Assembly (NCBI GenBank): GCA_036172245.1
Contig: JAYWIR010000008.1
Location: 3,906,001-3,970,000 of the forward strand
Origin: Raillietiella orientalis
Lineage: Eukaryota
Length of the DNA stretch: 64,000 bases
Direction of reading: 5' to 3'
Below are positions 1 to 13,879 of this stretch, one piece after another; position 1 is the first letter of the stretch; every line of letters starts with the position of its first letter. The notes beneath the pieces were generated by a model that ran no database searches, was not told where the DNA came from, and saw only the letters and a program-made list of their open reading frames with translations. The translations under genes were made by a program, and so were the position numbers.

Positions 1-589
1 TGCGGCTACGAGTAATGGAATTGAATGGTCGAACAGAAAGGCAGACAGCACGAGGTCGGTTCGGTGGGGTGCGACAGCATAATTCCCATCCTCCGAGTCG
101 AACGAAAGCTGTGGAGTAAGAAGGTGAACAAGCACAGAACGAAAGATGGGCCCTGAAGGGAGTTTGAAAGATTTGTCTCCAACTCTCCCTCATTTAGAAG
201 CGAGAATAAAAAGCGAAACAAATTCAATTTCAATACTGGCAACAGCGGAGGAATTTGTTTCGAGTTTCACATCTTTCAGAGCCACACTCTTCTACCTGGA
301 ACAAACTCTGGGGTAATTGAAGCAAACAAACTATAAACTGTACATAACAAAAGTTCAAACCTAAAAGTAGAAGACGTTATTGCACAAACTGCTTCTTGGA
401 TAGCTTGTCTACATATGAAAATCCCTAAACTTAAAAAGTGCGTGATTAAGGAGATTTAGGATCTTTAGAAAACATAAGTATGCAGTAATCATTGCATTTA
501 TGATTGTTGCACAGAAAAAAAAAACGAGAGGACTTATAGCTACGAGTAGTTGAGGCTACAAATTTTCCGAATGGATAAACACGGGTAAG

Positions 590-1130
590 ATGCAGGAATT
601 TGGTATTTCATGGAGGAACTTTGCATTCGTACGGAAAAGATGCCAAAGTACAGAGAATCCTCCAAATGGAATCGGTCGCCGGGAGAGAAGAGAAATCGAA
701 AACGACTCTTGGGATCGTCCCGAGAAAGAGAGCGGAAGTGAGGTCAAAGGAACCCGGGTCGCTCGGTTTTGGGTCACGGAAGTGGAAGTGCTGAGGATCC
801 CTTTGCGGAGGTGCCACGGATGTCAGGTCAGTCAAATGGACTGAACCTCTCTCACAGTTGAAACACCAGATGAAAATCGTTTACACGGGGAAAGAAGTGA
901 TGGTTGCTTTTACAGCAGATTACGCAGAAATGCAGATCACAACCTCCGATAAGTTGAGACCGACTGTGTACTCAATTAATCGTACTTCCTTGATAGGAAA
1001 AAAACGGGACCAGTTTGAATTACATGTTCATAAAGTAAAGCAAAGGGATCCGAGAGCCGTGAAAGTTTTCAAAAACTCTCCCGGCAGTTTCTCACGCTTA
1101 ATCAAGGGAGAAACGTACGTGACAGACTGA
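590..1130 (+). CDS. Possible small spliced ORF, or 3' part of an unknown gene
   Basis: ORFs 590-844 and 858-1130 join in frame through a short GT..AG intron (CAG|gtcagt...ctcacag|TTG). No family recognised. Confidence 0.2.
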
Positions 1131-2233
1131 AAGAGGGAAGATTCAAGTCGACGGCGGTTTCGAATGCTCCTCACCCTACAGCTCCTTCGCAGGTTTCAGA
1201 AATTTTGCGTGCGCGGAATCGTTCGAGGGGATTCCTTTAGAATTTTATCTGCCAGCAGAGATACGAATGCTATGAATTACCGTTAATTAATTGCCCACGG
1301 GGTGCTGACACGGCTGACGGAAACCGACGGCTCGGAGAACCCACCCCATGGAACGGGAAGCCGGCCGCGTGGTAAACAAGTCGAGTGTGGAGGAAGAAAG
1401 TTCCCGGAGCACACGTGAAGTTACCCTTTTGCAATGCAGTAACCGTTTTTCTCTGCACGAAACGTGGAACTTTGGTTTCTGCTGAGAACTCGAGGCGTGA
1501 GCAATCCAAGCGCCCTCAGGGAAGGTTGTCAAGGTTTGGGACTACCAGAAGGCTCAAATTTTTGTCGGGGAGTTTTGCTTCGAAATGAAGACCGGGAGAC
1601 GATCAGTAATAGATAAGGTTTCAGAAATAAAGAATACTTAACCGAGCCCCGTCAGCTCGGTAATTTTTTCTTCAAGGTTTTCAGATACTCAGCTTTAAAA
1701 GTTCTGGTGTATGCTGCAAAATGAAAGCCCATTAACAAACCTCTGTGTCACAGACGAGCGGCAACTTTATATTTCTGAACAATGGAATGCTTCGACTCAG
1801 ATGTTTAAATTTCGTTGATGGCCAAACAATTACTGTGATGTGTAGTTGCATATATCCAAAAAAATATGAGATTGAAATCAGTTTTGGCCAAAGCACTTTC
1901 GGCAAGGACCAAAGGTTTAATTTACTCGTGCAGCAAATGATTTTAACTGCTGTCTGGAAATTCAACTTTTGATTCCGTGTTTATCCAGCAAACAAGTTTT
2001 ACAAAGGCCATAGTTTTGTTATTTGTAATTTCATGGGATGCACCTTTCATTTCTAGTTTGCAAGCATTGTTTCTTTAAAAACAGCAAAAAGATCTATACT
2101 ACCTTTGCCCATTTTATGCAGTTTTGATTGTATTTCTAGGTATAACTGTATTTAAAATTTTACCATTCATTCTGAAAATCACACCCATTACTTGAAGTAT
2201 CAGATATTAATTCATTAGTTATATTGTATCAGT

Positions 2234-5200
2234 ATGGCACAAGATGAATTAAGTAAGTAATAAAAGGAACTTTTAATTATAAACATACAAAATTCTAGTT
2301 CTATTGGAACGTGTATTTTTACATGTTGGATCAGCAGAAACAGATGAGGAATTCCAGAACGTCATATTCAAATTTCTTCCTCCTGTTCTTTTGAAACTCA
2401 CAAGCCCAAAGGTGGAAATGAGAAACAAAGTAAATACACATTTGTTTATTTTGGAATTTAAATTCAAAATTAGAAGAAAGATTCTTACTTGAGTTCATTG
2501 TAGGTCATGGATCTCCTAAAACATATCAATAAAAGACTTAGGAGTCGACCTAAAGTTCAGATACCTGTTGATGCTTTGTTAACTCAATACCAGCAGCCAT
2601 CAGCTTCACCATTTACTATTGTAAGTGATAGAGACAGTTTTGTGATTATGTGCTTTTGAAGGAACACAAAGGCTATAAAAGCTAAAAAATAGCAGTTTTG
2701 TGCTTTTAAAAGTTGTAGTATCTTTTGGAATTTTCGAATAATTTTAATTTTATTATGAAAATTTGAATTCTTAAATTTCTTGCAAGTCATATAAAGAGGA
2801 TAATCAAAAAAATCTTTGATACGAACTGAGATGATTTTGAAAAAATTTCATTATAAACAAGCCTGTGTTTTCCAGCACAGAATAGCTTCTTGTATGTTTT
2901 TTAAAAGCATTTTGTGTGTACTTCAGACTGATTGCTTCCTTTTCACCCTGTTGGTGTAGAAATTCATCTATGTTCACTGTTTTTTCAGTACTAGGAATGC
3001 TAGCTGTAAATAAATCAGCATACAGTTTCTGTAACAGAAGTAACGAGATGTTTCGATAATTCAGAAATGTTTAGTTGATCTTGACCGGATTTTGGATGGT
3101 TTTAACTGGGAAAACACACTCATTATTAAGTTTAAATATCGGATGTTCCTGAAACCATCTTTCACATCGACAAACATTTTGTGATAATGTCAAGAATAAA
3201 TAGAGATAACACTGTTTATGCAAGTTGTAATGGTATCTGCTTTTAAAGTCCAGAAAAACTAATCATTTTACTTCCTTTTTATACTTTAGATATATGTTGT
3301 GGTCTAAACTCTAGTTTTTTTATAGTTATAACTTCTCAGGGACAAGAAGGGAGAAGGAGGGAGGGGGGTTTCCTGATGATTGTTATCAGTATAGCTGCAG
3401 TAAATCAGAATGTAGTATTTGTTGGCATTCTGTCTTGTAGCTCTCGTTAATCAGTGGATGTTATTAGAGAAGTGCTTCAATTGTAGTATTATTCACAGTA
3501 TTATAATAGTGGATGGTTACTCTTTGCAACCACAGAGATTCAACATCCTTGTAGAGTATCATGTGCATCACAGTGTAAGAAGCTTTTGATTTTATTAAAA
3601 TGAGTAGTTATTGCTTAGATATATGTCTTCACTGTTTATTTTGCACACTGTAGATAATGATTATAGTGTAATTGAATGTTGGAGGAGTGTGAGCTAACAA
3701 ATGTCTATGATAAGTAGCATAATTTAAATTGTAGATAACCAAATAGTTTAGGTTAAATTGAATTTCCGAGTGGAAGCCCAGGTGCATATTACTATACTGT
3801 TCTTGTTTCTTCAGAATTTCGCCATAATTTATTTAAAAATGGGATTTCCCAGATTGGAATTAAGCAAGCAAATTGAATTAGTGCCTGCTATTCTGAACAG
3901 TCTAGATGGCAAACCAGCATCTCATCAGGAAAGGTAAACACTACATGTAAAATTAGCTTTATTGTTTACAGCCCTTCAGTCTTTTATTAATGGTTCTACC
4001 CCTGTTCAATAAAATGGATTATCTCCAGGACCCTGGCAAGTGTAAAGCCATCTTTAGTTTTCAGGAAAAAACTCATGTAGCTGAAGTGGTATTGGATTTT
4101 GTATTGGATGTACTTCTTCTGCCTTACAGGTAACAGTGGTTTTTCATTCATTCTATGTGTTAATTTCTTTTGATCCTCTGTGTTGCAGATATACTTCTGC
4201 TTTGTTGAAGCAGTCAACAACTGCATCTCTTATGGCACCTCCTGGCTTAAGCATGCATGCTGTGAAACGTATCTGTGGGGAATCAGATCTTCAAGCCGAG
4301 GTTTTGGAAGAGGTTGTGTTTTGTTGTTAGTTTCCTTCCATTTTGTACCATCCAATTAATTGTTTAAATGGTTCGGTTTTCCTAACCATTTGTGTATCTT
4401 TAGGTGGCATGCATAAATTTCTGGAGGTTAAAAAATTTCTCATTTGTAGCATACTGTATTAAAGGTTTGCATATTCATGGAACACTTTTGTATAGCATAT
4501 ATCGGTCTCTAACAGAAATAGTTCCCCACATTTTCATTTAAAGATTTCAGTGAATCATATTCGTCCTTTATTAAATCTCAGTATTGATCTAATTCCGGCA
4601 TTTTAGTGTTTACACCAATCATTTTGGACCTTGGAGAAGAAGTGAATATTATTCACAGTCATGCAGACTCTTATGCTAGATGAAAATTCTTTTCCTCTGT
4701 GTTTTGTTTTTTTTCCCATTACTCATTCTTCATAGCTCTTAATAGATCCCAAAGTATTCAAGTTTTGCTACTTTCTTAGCGATGGAGTTTCCTGTTATGC
4801 CCTTTATTAGTTGATCCCTTTATGATTTTCACATTTATGTGGCTCGTTTGCATTTTTTAGTTTGTACTTTGTTTTTATGCTTGTTATGAAAATCTGAAAT
4901 TGGTTGTGGTCCACAATTTACATCTAATGTGTTTATGTTTTAGTTCTTCATTTTTGTTAATCTTCAATTTTTGCCCAAGAAAAGAATAAAATTGAAATCG
5001 GAATTTTTCCATTTTTTCCATTTTTCAGTAATTTTTAGATTTCATTATGCTATTGAGCACTTGAACAAATTATAAATTTATATTTAAGCTCTCAATGCTG
5101 TAGTGAATGTCATGCTACTTAGGTATTGATCTATGGAGATTAAACAATAAATCTCTCTATATATTTACGTAGAAAGAAAAGCAATGTATAAAATGGTTTT

Positions 5201-8200
5201 GTTGCCAAATTTCTGTGGCGTGGAGCAGTGTAACATGAGGGATCTGTCAGATACAGAAACTGTTACAAGTTGTATTCATGTTATAAAGTTTTAAAGCCAT
5301 ACGTTTAATTACAGATCATTAAAGATTTCCTATTTTAGATGAAACTTGGAATTCTGAAATTCATTACTTGTCAAATCTTCAGTAATGCACAGATAATATG
5401 TCATTTAGTCATTGCTTCAGGTGACACAAAATTTAATGTAGTCAATTTGGCAGAGGCTCTTTTAAAACAAGCTAACAGGTAACGGATTTCTACCTTGAAT
5501 TTGAATATTTTTGCCATTAGTGATTCTGTTTGGAATGAGGAAAAAGTGGTTTTTCGGTTGTATGAATTATTCATGGGAACTGCAAAAACAACCATTCAGA
5601 GAGCTGATCATCTTATTATAACTCCAGCATCTTTGCAAATTCGCTTAAAGATTCTTCCATGTTTCCTCAAGTCTTCAGTTACAGCACTTCCTGTATCAGC
5701 TGTTATGGACATTGTATTTGAATCCCTATTTGGAACCATTACTAATGGCAAATTGATTCAGATGGCAGTCCAACTTTTAAATCAAATGATTAACAGGTAA
5801 AATGTCAGAATGTTCTTTTTTTTACAGTTTCCCATTAATTCATTGCATAAAACTTCAACAAATTGTTTTGCCATATTCATTCAGGTTACAAGGTTCTATC
5901 TGAGAAATTACCGGACACTGATTATCGTATCTGATTTTGCTGTCTAATATTGCTTAATGTTCACCATTCAGAAAAATGGTATAGCTTTTCGGAAATTCTT
6001 TTAGTTACGTATCAGTTTTTTTAATTGTAGCTTCCAAGTTCCAAGTACAAAAAATTCTATGTAGTGCTAAGATGACTCATCTATTAGTCCTGTTTTTTTT
6101 TTTATAAGCTTTCTTATGTAAGACATCATGTTTGTAATTATGAGCTAATTTTCTCAGCATTCCTTCAGGTTATAGTTATTTATGTTATACGTAGATTTTT
6201 AAATTGCAGCATCATTATTAAGGATGTACTCAGAATAAAAAACCTGTTAGTGTGCAAGCTTCTCCTTTAAACTTTCCGTATGGAAAATTTCAATTTTAAG
6301 GAAATATGATAAACTTTTGTATTCATGCTTATCGAGAAGAATTAGGTATATTTTAAGAATCCAAATCTTATGTTACTTTTAAAGATAAAAATAAAATAAT
6401 GTTCTAAATATTCATGTGTTCTATGAAAGTAGTTTCATATTTGGTGTTTTTGGAATGTTTGGAAATGCAATTGTTTTCTACTTCATGTATATGTTGTTCA
6501 CTCTCAATTTATGCAAAATTGAATAATCTAGACCTTGTTTTTTTGAAAGTTTTTTTTTTTGGATCATTTGCATGTGATCTACTTTTATAGAGTTTTTTGA
6601 GTAATTTTTTCATGAGTTATACTTTGATGTTTGAATGCTAGTTGCAGTGCAATAGAAATACAGCCACAGACAGAAGTTTTGCTATCAAGATCACTGAAAT
6701 TTCTCTTGGAGTTTGAAGGAGTAAGGCTATTAACTAAAAACATGGATGTCTGATAGTTGAGATCTTAGGATAATATGCTTCGTTGTTTGATTTGGACTAG
6801 TGTTGGCAAATTAATCCAGAAAAATCCTTTATTTATTAAAAGGAATGTTTCGTTTATCCAAACATTTTTAAATATTGGATTGCAGGTTTGTAGAAGGGTA
6901 TTTAGAATAGTGCATTCTGTTATTTAGGAGTCACAAGATGCTTGGTTAGCAGTCCAGGAGACCGTACTTTCCGTAGCTAAATATCTGCGAACTCTAGATG
7001 AGGATCAGCAAGGCATTTTGGATGACATTTTGATAAATACTTTCAACAACGAGAATGCAAAGATGCAGCTCCTTGTTATTCGTTGTTTTTGTGTACTCTA
7101 CCAGCCTTCACATATACCAAGCAGATATCTGCTCTTACTTGCAGCTGGCTCACCGTAAGTGAAAAAAAATTGGATTGTAACTACGTCTCTCTTAGAAATG
7201 CAGATATTTCTTCAGAGTGCTGCAAAATCCTCCGAGAATTTCCCAGTAATTATCTACAAGCGTGCCAGTCACAAAGTGGAGATCCTTTTTATGATGCAAA
7301 AGAGGCATACCCATTATTTTCAGATCTTGTCACTTATATCCATGACAGAATGCAAGATCGTATGAGTCAGGACAAAGTGTTTACTTATGGGGCGAAACAG
7401 TTACCCTTTAGCAAGGGTACCCTCGAACAGGTTCTTGAAAATCCATGTAATCGGTCCGGCATTTTTTGTTTTCAGATATGCTATTATGTGTACCACTGTT
7501 TTGCATTTTTTATGCACATTCCTTTAGATACTTGTACACTTAAAGGGCATGGTTTACAGATAAGGAAAAACCTGGAGAATGACCAATACCTCAAAAATTT
7601 CAACTCCTTGAAGATATATTTGGGTTTTGTAGATATGCTACTCAGTATATCATGGGGTAATTTCCATTGTTGTATTTATTGCACTCTAGTGACTGGCATG
7701 TTTAGATGAGTTTGCTGTTCGGTGCATGTTGGAACTAATTGCTGTTATCCCTCAGTTGGCAGATAGGTATCAAAATAGCCTTCCAGACCTGCAGGTGATT
7801 ATGGAAAGCGTATTTTAAGTTTTCTGAGATTTGTCTTTCAGAAACTGATGCTGAATTCTTGCACACAGTTCCAAGATAGTTTAGCTGAGCTGTTTGGAAT
7901 AGCTGTTGTCTACTGCACCACCACAGATGAGTGTCGGTTACTGTTGACTGAATTGCAACAACTGGTCAGGAGTTCGGTAATATAAAGTATTGGAAAAAAT
8001 TGTATGCATTCATGAGGCGGGTCTGTTGTGATTGGTAGCCAGGAGAATGGCAATCTGGATCTCTCTTAGCTATTGGCTATATAATAAGAAGCAGATTTCT
8101 GTTGAAAAAAGAAGTTTTGACTGGAAATTATTTGGATTTATTCGGTGATCTTGATTGTGCTCGTTCGATTGTGTAACTGAATCTCAACAGAGCAGTGCTT

Positions 8201-11200
8201 GGACAGTCATGATGTATCGATGAAACAAGCAACATGTGTAGCAATAGCTGAAATAGGTAGGAGTAGCCCACTTGTAGGAGATAATGATGAAATCAAACAC
8301 ATAATGGAGAAACTCTTGGGTTTAATCAGAGTTTCCAAGCATCATAATAAGGCAAGTAAGTATGAGATGCCATCGATTATACTCATAGCGTGTTTAGCTA
8401 AAAACGAAAGCCATACTGGCTCTTAGCTACTGGACTATCGGTTATCCTGAATTCCCGTATCGCAGAATGATGTTGCAGAATTTTCTCACTTTGCTAGCTG
8501 AAATCAATCAGATTGATATGCAGCTAACATTAAGTGAGGCTATTGACTGTGTTGTATTGGGACCACTTTCTTTTGAACGGAGCAATACTTGGGATACATT
8601 GGAAGATGAATTCGTGATTCCTGAAGCTGAAGGCTCACCATTTGATTTGGAGTGGCTTTTGGATCAGCTTGTTAAAGATTATTTGCAATCTGGCAGTCCA
8701 GTTGCTAGACAGGTAAGCAGTAACAACTTTTACGAATATAAGTTGGTTTAGGGTTCCTGTCTTTGTCTTGTATCCCTACTCAAACGTTGCAGATCATGTA
8801 AAGAAATTCAAGTGCGATTACAAGAACTTCAGTCATGTTTGATTGGTTTGCTGGGAGATAGCAATGGTGAGATGAATGAGTACCCAATTTCGATTTTCTT
8901 TTTGCAGATATTGTGCAGGATGCAGCCTGCAAAGGTATTGCTTTGATTCATGAATATGGGGACATTGCGTCACAGCAGGGACTTGTCAGTATGCTCTGTA
9001 ATACTCTGATGGAAGGGCATAAACCTCATGTCTCAGTTCTGGATTCTCCTATCGAAACAACTTCAGTGGCTTCTACCTCAGATAAGTTAGTGCCTGGATA
9101 TCTATAGAGAAAGCAAGTAATGTTGCAGTCCCAGTCTTTCTACTTACAAAGAGCTGTGTGTGTTGGCATCTTCTCTGAACAAACCTGATTTGGTGACCAA
9201 GTTTCTGCATTTGGCCAACGACAACGCTATATGGAATTCAAAGAAAGTGAGGAATGCATAATTTCTTTCTTTCTTTGTTTCTGTCATTTAGGGAGCAGCA
9301 TTTGGGTTTGCACGTATTGCTGCTAAATTCAGAGACCAGCTGGCCCCTTTTCTACCTCAGATTATTCCTAAGCTGTATCATTATCAGTTTGACGCAAATA
9401 TCCGTATTCAGTCTGCTATGCTGAGCATTTGGAAAACTTTAGTCCAAGATCAACAGAAAACTGTATGGACTCAACTTGATATCATTTTTTATTTTGTATC
9501 ACTTAAGATTAGCATATATTTCCCTCTCATCTTGAAAGAAATAAAGGAAAATTTGACACATTCCCAGTGGCGTATTCGGGAGTCCAGTTGCCTTGCTTTG
9601 GCTAGTTTGTTGTCACCTACTACTCTCAAAGATTGTCTAGATGATTTGCCTGTTTTGTGGCAATCTTTATTTCGTTTGCAAGATGATATCAAAGAAAGTA
9701 CTCGGAAAGCTGCATCTCAAACTCTATCCCTTCTAAGCAAGGTAGACTTGCATTGTTTAATTGGCCCAGAGAAATTATTCATGGTTATTTTTTTAGTGCT
9801 GTATCCAGTTGTTTGATGGTTCACAAAAAGCAGTTGCTTCAAAAATGCTTGAATGTGTTCTTCCTGTCTTAATTAATAGTGGCATAGAAAGTTGTGTTCC
9901 AGAAGTACGCGTTATCAGGTGAGCGTCGAATTTTGCTTTAACCATTATAATGCTAATGATTCAGTGTGGAGACTTTGCTGAGCATAATGCATCATGCACA
10001 AGAATCGCTAAAGCCACATTTACATGTAGTGATTCCTTCTCTGTTAGAAACCATGGCTGTTTTAGAACCACTGAAAGGAAATCTGATTCAGCAAGGAATG
10101 GACACTGGGGACAATTGGGGCATACAGTGTTTTCCAAAGATCCGGAATAGCATTCATCAGGTTGTGCACTAATACTGAAAAATATCCTAGCACGATTATC
10201 GTATTAGATCATTCCCCTGTTGGATGAGGTTTCCCTGTCTCGTGTTGTGCCAGCCATATTGGGCATTTTTAAAAAACATAGCGCTTCTATCACGTGTGCT
10301 GGAGCTGCCCAATTTATTCAGCTGCTCATCCTTCAGAAACCAGCCTTGATGAAGAGTTACAGTAGTCAGATATTAGCAACATTACTCAGTAGAGTCAGTA
10401 GTTCCACTTCCTCACTCAGAACTATTTTCGCTTCAACTATAGGATGTTTAATCCCAGTTTTAAAGGATGGCAGTGTGGATAAGTTGGGAGAGAGGATTCA
10501 CAGTTGGTATTTGCAGGATGCCACAGGTCAGTGAAGACCATTTACATGAGTCACTTGTTGCTTTTAGAGGCCAGTTTGCAGGAGGCTGCAGCTGTATGTG
10601 TAGCTAAGTTGCAAAAATATGGACAGGATTCTGGGGCCAGGTACCAGCATTGGACACTACCTTTGTGCTTTGTTGCAATGCATGGCAATAAAGATGGTTG
10701 GAGCAGTAGCAAAATATCTGTTTATAAAATTTGTGACCCTCAGAAGCAACATGGAAGCATGTTTGGCAGGAGGGTGTCGGCAGTACGGAGACTGGAATCC
10801 GAATGTATTTACCAGAAATTCTGAAGCTCTGTCAGCAACTCCTGCAGAGTCAGTCATGGGATTTCAAGAAGCAAGGAAGCTCTGCTCTGCTCACCATGTG
10901 TGATGCTCAGAATAGCATAATGAATGCTGAACAGTTGTTTGCGATAATTAGTGATCTGTTAAATTGTTTGCATGGCAGAGTGTGGCCAGGCAAAGAAAAC
11001 ATTGCAAAGGCTCTTGTGAAAGTCTGCGCTGTTCACAAGTAAGTGCATACATAGTAATAACAGTTGTTTATCTGCAATTTTTAAGGGAACTAATGTTACA
11101 GAATTCAGTTGGGATTCGTATAGATGTTGTTTGCGACAGTTTGTTACGAGAATGTAACAGGGCTGACGTGACATACAAGTGTCGAGTTCTGGAGGCCACT

Positions 11201-11963
11201 GCAGAGTTATCAAACGTTTTCCATTGTGCCAACTTCACCTTGCTCTGGCCTATTTTACGGATCGAACTTACACAGGTTAATTAACAAATATTTCTATAGA
11301 GCTGCAAGGTGCCTTTTTTCCTTTTCGTTTTGTTGAATAGAACAGTTGTGAAACAGAGCAGAAGAAAATTCTCCTAAAAGCCTTAAGCAAAGCATGGTGT
11401 TCCCAGCAACCATCAGAAAGTAAGATTTATAAGCATTTGACCGATACCTATGTTGAATAGTTTCATATTACAAAGAAGTTATTGAATGCCTTTTAATGTT
11501 TTGGAAAACTGTAGAAAACAAAATCAAGGTTTCTGTGATGGAGTGTGCTCAGGAAATCACTGGCCATCTTGACTTATCCAACATGAAGGAACCAGAGTTA
11601 CAACAGGTTGCCGATATAATTCTGAATACTGCTTCTGCAGCCTTGAGTAAGTATAGTCAGTATTGAAGATTCAGCATGGCTGATAAAAGTGATGTTCAGC
11701 AACTTCACAGCAAACTTCACTAGTGTTGATAGGATTAAATCTTTTAGAAATGGGATTTCGCAAACTGGAAAGTAAGTAACTTAAATGTTCATATGTAATT
11801 CTACGCTCAATTGTTTTTAGATAAAGAACAGAGCCAATTATATTTCAAAAATCAGGCAAAATCATTTCTTTCACAGTGGTTTGCTAAGGACAAACTACAC
11901 TCGTCAGAAATTCTGTTAAAGTGGGACATCCTTCGTGCATCCTTAAATCTCCATGAATTGTAG
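2234..11963 (+). CDS. ECM29: Proteasome adapter and scaffold protein ECM29 (HEAT-repeat), multi-exon gene
   Basis: Spliced translation matches recalled ECM29/ECPAS motifs along its length: [176 protein letters not shown]. Exons mapped by hand: 2234-2252, 2299-2429, 2504-2620, 3815-3933, 3980-4129, 4189-4312, 5339-5478, 5521-5796, 6642-6720, 6769-6885, 6928-7154. Many further short-intron exons follow, up to the last exon 11821-11963 (TAG). Confidence 0.95.
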
Positions 11964-13879
11964 CTTACATCCTAAAAAACAATGATATAAATTCTAACTA
12001 AATATTTTTAGAGAACATTAAAATTGTGATTTTGCCTGTGCCAACTTTCATACTAATTCACTATGAAATCTTTGCAGATGGTAGCCCATTCGATCGTGCA
12101 TTCGGTGCCATAGCCTTTCATTTTGTGAACGAATGTTATTAGCAATATTAATAACATAATTTCGTAGTTTTGGTGTTTTCTTTACGCATTTGTCCTGGCC
12201 CCACTGCCGCCTTCCAGAGAAGGAACGTGTGCACCCCAGATTGACAACAAGGTTCCCCCTTTTAAAATCGATTCCTTCGGGGGAGCCACATGTACCCGAT
12301 TCCCGTGCGAAAAGAACGACTCTTTTCAGGTGTTCCTCCTCCTGTTGGTCAGGTCCTGACCCGAAGAAATTTCCCTACTTCGGGCATGCAAGCACCTGGG
12401 CGGCGCGACAAGCGCTCGTTACGGTCTTAGGTGTGAAGATTTCCAAGCCCAAGGACCCGTATCGAACCTCGAGGGTGAGGAACCAAGTTATTCCCGAATC
12501 AGATATGGGCACTAGAGCCAGGGGCTGCTGCTGTTCCGCTTCGCTTGATCCAGAAGTCACATCGAGGTCATCCGGCCCCACACAGCCTCGGTTGACGGCA
12601 AGTGCACTCCCTTTAACTGGTGCAGCCACGCCATCGCTCTGAAGACTGTAAAAAAAAAAAAAAACAAAGAAAAAAAAAAAAAGCATACATTCGTGGTGAA
12701 GGATGAAAATGAATGCCTCCTGTGGTGCCCCTCTCGTGGGGATATGCCTTTTGCCGTACTTTGTTCCGTTTTGTGTACGTGCGTACACCGTAGGCTCCCG
12801 TATAACGCGGGGGCTGCTGCCTTTCGTGTCATACGAACCCCTTGGGTTACACATGGATAATGATAGTGTGTCTGTAAAAGGTATGATGCATCTCATTGCG
12901 CTGCTTCTTGCCCACGAAAATTTGCATGGAGAAGCGTCCCAGCGACCTTAGTCTTGTGTTTGCAACACTTTCATCACGCAATGAAAATTCGTCCACATCG
13001 TCGTACAGGGCTGCTTTGTGCTGTCCGGAGAAAGCTGTCATTTCCAATTCGCGTCGCACGTAGGGGCGTACTGTGTACGCGTACGAAGCCGATGCGTGCT
13101 GCAAACGGCTTTCTTGTCCACTCTGCCCAGAGCTTGCCTGTGGGCGAATCCCGCCGAGGCGACTGGGGTCTTCCGTAGGGCCTCTTCTCGGTGGTTTACG
13201 TCACACGCGGTGGATTGCACGTCTCGCGGCAAAGAATCGCTCTTTCGGCAGTCTCTCCAAGCCGTCCCGAAAAAGGAAGGGAAAAAGAGACGCAAAGCAT
13301 GCAGGGGTGGGTGGGGGTGCGTTGGTCTCCCTCCGGCTCTGCGTCTGCGTTGCAGGGTATTGCGCGTGCGCGGTCCTTCGTCCGAAGCGTGCAAAGCGTG
13401 CTTCGGTGCGCTGTGCGTGCGCTCTCGTGGAGTGGGATCGCACCCCGGGGCGAGCGGAAGGAGGGAAGGGCGCGGGCGTTTCCGGTTCACCGGACACCTC
13501 TCCGATCCCGGGCTGATGGGCGCGCCTGCTCTTGCGAGCGAGTCCTCGTCCGCTCGCTCTGCCATCGGCCGGCGGCGCCGCGCCATTCCGTGACCTGCAG
13601 CGCATTATTCGAGCGCCAACAATGACCTTCCATTATTGCCTTGTTCTCCCCAGCGTATCTGGCCAGCCAGCCTTCTTGAATGCGTTGAGTGCGCCCCGCT
13701 CTTTTCGCATTGCGGCGGAAGTCGCCCGCTCAGGGCCCCCGGCTCTTGGTCCAAGTTTTCCTGGACGGTAGCAGAGCCATCCCCCCTCCCCTCCTCATCG
13801 GCTGACCCGGGTTCCGGGTCTCCCCTCCCACGCTGAGCCCCACGGATTCGGGTAGAGCGCCGCGAGTGCCAACGGAAGG

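Noticed and set aside
1280..1590. Possible RNase MRP/P-like RNA (gaaagttcccgg)
   Set aside because: No matching CR-V/P4 partner sequence found.
1640..1672. Hairpin ACCGAGC/GCTCGGT followed by a T-run, like an intrinsic terminator
   Set aside because: Eukaryotic context and a short stem; could be chance.
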